Source of the DNA: Candidatus Heimdallarchaeota archaeon
GTDB taxonomy: Archaea; Asgardarchaeota; Heimdallarchaeia; JABLTI01
Length of the DNA: 64,000 nucleotides
Assembly: GCA_018238155.1 (NCBI GenBank)
Contig: JABCTZ010000017.1
Span: 64,001 to 128,000 of the forward strand
Direction: 5' to 3'
A model generated the notes under the pieces. The model was not told where the DNA came from, did no database searches, and saw only the letters and a program-made list of their open reading frames with translations. Positions within the stretch are counted from its first letter, which is position 1. Every line of letters begins with the position of its first letter. The position numbers and the translations under genes are program-made. This document shows positions 59,094 through 64,000 of the stretch, piece after piece.

Positions 59094-59957
59094 ATGGTAG
59101 TAAAAAAAAATAGTGAAGTATCAGAATCAATTTCTATACCGATCAAAATAGCTAATGAACTTGTTTATAACCCAGAAATCATTCAAGATGAATTATTTGA
59201 AGAAAACGAAGTAAAAATGGACATTGTGAATTTATCGCATTGGTTTGGTGATAATCAAGTTTTATCAGGTATATCTATGCCCATCTTCACGAACAAAGTT
59301 ACAGCTATTATTGGTCCTTCTGGTTGTGGAAAATCAACCTTTCTTCGCGATTTGAATCGTATGAATGATTTGGTATCTATCTCTAGAATGTCAGGTGATA
59401 TTCTATTAGGGAATAAAAATATCTATGATAATGATGTAGACGTAGTTCAATTGAGAAAACGAATTGGTATGGTCTTTCAGAAACCAAATCCTTTTCCAAT
59501 GCCAATAGAAAATAACATTGCTTACGGTCCTTATATCCATGGGATAGAACCTGACAGCATTCCTGAAATTGTGAAAAGTTGTTTGCAAAAAGCAGTTCTG
59601 TGGGATGAAGTTAAAGATCGATTAAAAGATAATGCTTTTTCTCTCTCTGGTGGACAGCAACAGAGATTATGTATTGCACGAACCTTATCCGTTCAACCTG
59701 AAGTAATCTTATTTGATGAACCTTGTAGTTCTCTTGATCCTCATGCTACCGCTAAGATTGAGGACTTGATTACAAAATTGAAACAAGATTATACTGTAGT
59801 AATTGTTACACATAATATGCAACAAGCAGCTCGAGTGTCTGATTATACTGCATTCTTCAATTTAGGTGATCTTGTAGAATTTAATAGTACTAAAACAATA
59901 TTCAAATCTCCCGAGCGAAAAATGACAGAGGAGTATATTTCCGGGCGATTTGGTTAA
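59094..59957 (+). CDS. pstB: Phosphate ABC transporter ATPase PstB, copy 1
   Basis: [50 protein letters not shown]. Confidence 0.95.
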   Translation: MVVKKNSEVSESISIPIKIANELVYNPEIIQDELFEENEVKMDIVNLSHWFGDNQVLSGISMPIFTNKVTAIIGPSGCGKSTFLRDLNRMNDLVSISRMSGDILLGNKNIYDNDVDVVQLRKRIGMVFQKPNPFPMPIENNIAYGPYIHGIEPDSIPEIVKSCLQKAVLWDEVKDRLKDNAFSLSGGQQQRLCIARTLSVQPEVILFDEPCSSLDPHATAKIEDLITKLKQDYTVVIVTHNMQQAARVSDYTAFFNLGDLVEFNSTKTIFKSPERKMTEEYISGRFG

Positions 59958-60125
59958 CTCATTTTTATTGGTGGTTTGCATATTGAATGAAAATAATAAA
60001 CAGCTTGATGAAACATTATGCACTAAAGAATTAATGAGCAAATTTCTAAATAATACGGGATTGTTTTACTATATTAATCGAATACATTTGAATAAATATT
60101 TTTATAGCTATGAACCATCGAATTA

Positions 60126-61031
60126 GTGGTGACAATATTTTTGCCAGCAAATACTCGCGATTCACTTTCCAAAGCTAAGCCTCTCAAAGACAGGAGCGAA
60201 GAAGCAAAGATTGCTATAAAAATAGCTGCTGATTTAACTGATCCACCCGAAATTGTCCGAGAAGATTTACTAAAAACACATGTATTGAAGATGGAGTCAG
60301 TTGAGCTTTCACACTGGTATGGCGATAACAGAGTTCTTTCTGGTATTTCTATGCCTATTTTCAACAACAGAGTTACAGCTATCATTGGTCCTTCCGGTTG
60401 TGGGAAATCGACTTTCCTTCGGGATTTAAACAGGATGAATGATTTAGTTAAGATTGCACGAATTGCTGGCAAAATTTTGCTTGATGGACAAGATATCTAT
60501 GCAGAACATATTGATGTTGTTCAACTGAGAAAACGAATTGGTATGGTCTTTCAGAAACCAAATCCTTTTCCTATGTCAATAGAAAACAATATTGCATACG
60601 GTCCATATGTTCATGGAGTGAAGCATGAGGGTTTAGATGAAATTGTTGAAAGTAGCTTGAAAAAAGCTGCCTTATGGGAGGAGGTCAATCAACGACTAAA
60701 AGATTCTGCATTATCATTATCAGGAGGACAACAACAGCGGTTGTGTATTGCTCGAGCCTTATCTGTTCAACCTGAGGTTCTCTTAATGGATGAACCGTGT
60801 AGCTCTCTTGACCCTCATGCTACCGCTAAGATTGAGGATTTAATTACAAAATTAAAGCAAGATTATACTGTAGTGATCGTTACCCATAATATGCAGCAAG
60901 CTGCTCGAGTGTCTGATTACACTGCATTTTTCAATATAGGGGAGTTAATTGAATTTGATAGAACAAAGAAAATCTTTGCTAATCCTGAGAGGAAAATGAC
61001 TGAAGAATATATTTCCGGGCGATTTGGATAG
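60126..61031 (+). CDS. pstB: Phosphate ABC transporter ATPase PstB, copy 2
   Basis: Same motifs as copy 1. Confidence 0.95.
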   Translation: MVTIFLPANTRDSLSKAKPLKDRSEEAKIAIKIAADLTDPPEIVREDLLKTHVLKMESVELSHWYGDNRVLSGISMPIFNNRVTAIIGPSGCGKSTFLRDLNRMNDLVKIARIAGKILLDGQDIYAEHIDVVQLRKRIGMVFQKPNPFPMSIENNIAYGPYVHGVKHEGLDEIVESSLKKAALWEEVNQRLKDSALSLSGGQQQRLCIARALSVQPEVLLMDEPCSSLDPHATAKIEDLITKLKQDYTVVIVTHNMQQAARVSDYTAFFNIGELIEFDRTKKIFANPERKMTEEYISGRFG

Positions 61032-61079
61032 ATAGTTAGGATACTAATTAATTAACGAATATGAATATTAAGTAGAAAG

Positions 61080-61766
61080 GTGAAGAAATTGAGTAAATTC
61101 AGGTCGAAATTTGGTGGTACAATACGTTTCAAGGAAATTATGAAAGAATTGAATCAACATCTAGTTGTCTTGTCCAATCTTGTGATTAAAATGATTAAAG
61201 ATGGAAATACTGCCTTAGCTAATGATGATGAATCTATCTTCAAAAGACTTGAAGAAGAACTTAAGGAAGTTCATGAACATTGTAATTCTATTGATGAAAC
61301 TGTTATGGATACTATTGCTTTGCATCAACCATTTGCAAAGGATTTACGATTTATACTTTCCACGCTCAAAGTTTCAAATGAAATTCACCGTTCAGCTCAT
61401 GATGCAGTACACATTGCTAATAGTTCAGCTTTTATCAACCTGAAAAAATATACTGAGATTATTCAAAGAATTGGTGATTTGGCTACAAAAGCTTCTTCCA
61501 TGTTCAAGAAAAGCATAGAAGCATTTTGCAATCAGAAGGAGCTCAATGTGCAAAAATGGACAAAAAAGGATGATGAAGTTGATAGATTACATTCGGAAAT
61601 CATTCAAGATGTCACTAAAATCGTTGAAACCGATCCAACATGGTCAAGAGCAGGTGTTAGTCTTATTCTGACAACAAGGTATATTGAACGAATTGCTGAT
61701 CATGCATGCAATATTGTTGAAGAGAGCAATTATGTTGTTACAGGTAAAAAAGCCAAAATTGAGTAA
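61080..61766 (+). CDS. phoU: Phosphate uptake regulator PhoU
   Basis: QPFAKDLR, DDEVDRLH, RYIERIADHACNI. Confidence 0.92.
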   Translation: MKKLSKFRSKFGGTIRFKEIMKELNQHLVVLSNLVIKMIKDGNTALANDDESIFKRLEEELKEVHEHCNSIDETVMDTIALHQPFAKDLRFILSTLKVSNEIHRSAHDAVHIANSSAFINLKKYTEIIQRIGDLATKASSMFKKSIEAFCNQKELNVQKWTKKDDEVDRLHSEIIQDVTKIVETDPTWSRAGVSLILTTRYIERIADHACNIVEESNYVVTGKKAKIE

Positions 61767-62046
61767 TGTCTTTTCTATCGAGTATTATCTTCATAGATTT
61801 TGATTCTTTTTCTTTCAGAGAAGACTTTGTATTGTTCGTTATTTTTTTTTATTTTGAAGAATTGAATACTATTCACGAGTATAAATTTGATATTTGGAAT
61901 TACATTTGCCTAATTCTCTCTATATAGATATAATTGAGATATATTCAGCTATTGTTCTGAAAATAAACTATACAGAGAAGGATTATCTTAATGTCTCTCC
62001 TAAGATGTGCACACAAGAAAATAAAACTAAATGGAGAAAAAATAAA

Positions 62047-62979
62047 ATGTCATTCGGTAAAAATACTAGCAAACTAACATACCTCCTTATTACATTAATT
62101 TTTGTTGGAACAGGTTTTGGTGTCTTTATTGGTTGGATTGCTTTTAATGATGGAAACGGTGGAGATACATATATCTTAAATGTTCAAGGCTCCACCACAG
62201 TAGAAAAAATATGTACCTTGTCTGCAGTTCCTTTTATGGAAGCTCATCCTAGTGTTCAAGTAACGATTTCAGGTACAGGCTCGGGAACAGGAATTGGTAC
62301 ACTTATCAATAGTCAATGTGACATTGCAATGGCTTCCAGAACAGTAAAATCAACTGAAAATGATACCGCACATACAAGTACAGGTGTTTGGTTGAGACAA
62401 TTTACAATTGCAAAAGATGGATTGGCGATAATTATTAATGACGACGTTACTAGCATTTTAGATCTCAGTGAAGATACAATCAAGGCAATTTTTAACGGCA
62501 CAATTTCTAATTGGAGTGATACAGCTTTACCAGATGTAGGTTTATCCAGTGAAATTCAAGTAGTGGTTAGAGAAGAAGGATCTGGTACAAGAGATACCTT
62601 CAATGAATTAATAATGGGTGATGCAGATCAAGAATTCGCAGACAGTCAATATGTTGGCGATGCTTTGCCTATGACTAGTAATCAGATGATTTTCGATGAA
62701 GTAAATACTAACCCCCAAGCAATCGGTTATGTTGGACTTGGGTATCTTGGTGACGGCGTTGAATCAGTACATGTAGATGGCGTTGAACCAACTTTTGAAA
62801 CAGTAGTAGATGCAACATATTCTATTCAAAGAGAACTTTACCTAGTAACTTTAGGTGACCCTGAAGTTGGGTCATTAATATGTGAATATGTGAATTGGCA
62901 TTTCAGCCCAGACGGACAATATTTTGTCTTTGATTCTGGGTTCATAAATATCTTACCTAGACGAGACAATCTAATATAG
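62047..62979 (+). CDS. pstS: Phosphate-binding protein PstS
   Basis: GSTTV, GTGSGTG, DIAMASR, REEGSGTRDTF, IGYVGLGY. Confidence 0.92.
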   Translation: MSFGKNTSKLTYLLITLIFVGTGFGVFIGWIAFNDGNGGDTYILNVQGSTTVEKICTLSAVPFMEAHPSVQVTISGTGSGTGIGTLINSQCDIAMASRTVKSTENDTAHTSTGVWLRQFTIAKDGLAIIINDDVTSILDLSEDTIKAIFNGTISNWSDTALPDVGLSSEIQVVVREEGSGTRDTFNELIMGDADQEFADSQYVGDALPMTSNQMIFDEVNTNPQAIGYVGLGYLGDGVESVHVDGVEPTFETVVDATYSIQRELYLVTLGDPEVGSLICEYVNWHFSPDGQYFVFDSGFINILPRRDNLI

Positions 62980-62987
62980 GTGAAGAA

Positions 62988-63010
62988 GTTAGGAGATTTT
63001 TTCTCCTAAC
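62988..63010. terminator. Hairpin between the convergent pstS and phoU-like regulator genes
   Basis: GTTAGGAGA-ttttt-TCTCCTAAC. Confidence 0.55.
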
Positions 63011-63048
63011 AATTCTATTTTTCATTAATAAATAAAAAAATACTTTTT

Positions 63049-64000
63049 TTAATGTGCTCTATCAATTGCCATTTCAGCAATGTCTAAACCATAACCACAG
63101 ATTCTATCCAAGTGCCTTTCAACAAGTTGGATTTGCATTTCCACATCGAAATCTGGTGCTCTTTGTCTTGTTAGCTTCTCAGTTTCAAGTTTAGCTTGTA
63201 ATTCTTCAAATAATTTAATTGCTTTGAATGCTAATTTCAATTTATTTCCAAGAAAACTCTGTATTGCTAATGTATGAATTTCAACAGCTTGTTTTGAATA
63301 ATCTAATAAATATTTTTTAGTACCTTCGTCATCTATTATTTTATCCTGCAACGCAAGGCAACTTTTAGCGATACTTTCACAATGATCAGCAATCTTTTCT
63401 AAAGACTTTGCAACAGGATAAATATACAAAACTTCTTGAGGTTTGATATTCATTTCTTTTAGAATAGTTGGATTTTCTAAGGCTGAAGAAATCTCTCTTC
63501 TAATTAGGAAATAGAGTCTATCTACAGCATTTTCTCTTTCGAAAACATCTCGTGCGCTCTCTTTATCTGATGTCACAAATGCTTCTACAGCTACAACTTG
63601 CATGTTTCTAGCAATTAAGTGTCCTCTTCTTAATGCCTTGTCAATTGGAAATTCTCCATGGATTGCTAAATCTCGAATCTCTACTTCTTGAAATTCTTCG
63701 GAAATAATTTCACTTCCAATAAGCTTCGATACTGTAGAAGAAATAGCTTTACTTGTTTTCGGAGAAATATTACTCTTAGATTTAATAATAATCTTGGAAA
63801 AACCCGCAAGATATTTCGAAATAATGATCTTTTCCAGTAAACTGGTTTCACCTATAACATCGATATCAATAGTCACCTCTCTTTCTCTTTTGGGTGTCAA
63901 TGAGTTTTTCGATAAAAGTAGTGTTCCATCATTTTGTTCTAAAATAGATAATTCATCTCCTTGAGTTAAATTCAATTTTGTAACCCAATCTCGAGGAAGA
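63049..64000 (-). CDS. Archaeal phosphate uptake regulator (AbrB + PhoU domains); 5' end lies outside the window
   Basis: Frame is open at the window edge (LPRDWVTKLNLTQGDEL, AbrB-like); YLAGF; ENAVDRLY; LEKIADH; RHLDRI. Confidence 0.88.
   Translation of the reverse strand, partial: LPRDWVTKLNLTQGDELSILEQNDGTLLLSKNSLTPKREREVTIDIDVIGETSLLEKIIISKYLAGFSKIIIKSKSNISPKTSKAISSTVSKLIGSEIISEEFQEVEIRDLAIHGEFPIDKALRRGHLIARNMQVVAVEAFVTSDKESARDVFERENAVDRLYFLIRREISSALENPTILKEMNIKPQEVLYIYPVAKSLEKIADHCESIAKSCLALQDKIIDDEGTKKYLLDYSKQAVEIHTLAIQSFLGNKLKLAFKAIKLFEELQAKLETEKLTRQRAPDFDVEMQIQLVERHLDRICGYGLDIAEMAIDRAH

Noticed and set aside
1308-62501. Numerous 60-150 aa antisense or alternate-frame ORFs in the ORF track
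   Set aside because: They are shadow ORFs lying within well-supported genes and have no motifs of their own.

Overview
Low-GC archaeal chromosome segment, most likely from an Asgard archaeon (Heimdallarchaeia/Lokiarchaeia-like; this is inference). Archaeal markers are a BHB-intron tRNA-Arg(UCU), membrane LonB, Nre with a PIP box, short-type PurA, porCDAB and RtcB. Eukaryote-signature genes encode an Arf-like GTPase, a Rab-like GTPase, a Sec23/24-like zinc-finger/vWA protein and GOLD-like type I membrane proteins. The main candidate for an undescribed system is an ArsR-divergent operon with a perfect 24-bp palindrome. It encodes an HdrA-N-like protein, a ferredoxin, a DGC-GcvH (lipoyl carrier) fusion and two further DGC proteins, and is followed by a PadR regulator and a PadR paralog lacking the DNA-binding domain. 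Also notable: a convergent DegV(FakB)/PlsY-like pair with altered PlsY catalytic motifs; three tandem, circularly permuted, mosaic family-5 solute-binding proteins, one frameshifted in an A11 tract; a GH3 gene remnant; and a pst/phoU cluster lacking pstC/pstA. No CRISPR array, rRNA or IS element was recognised.
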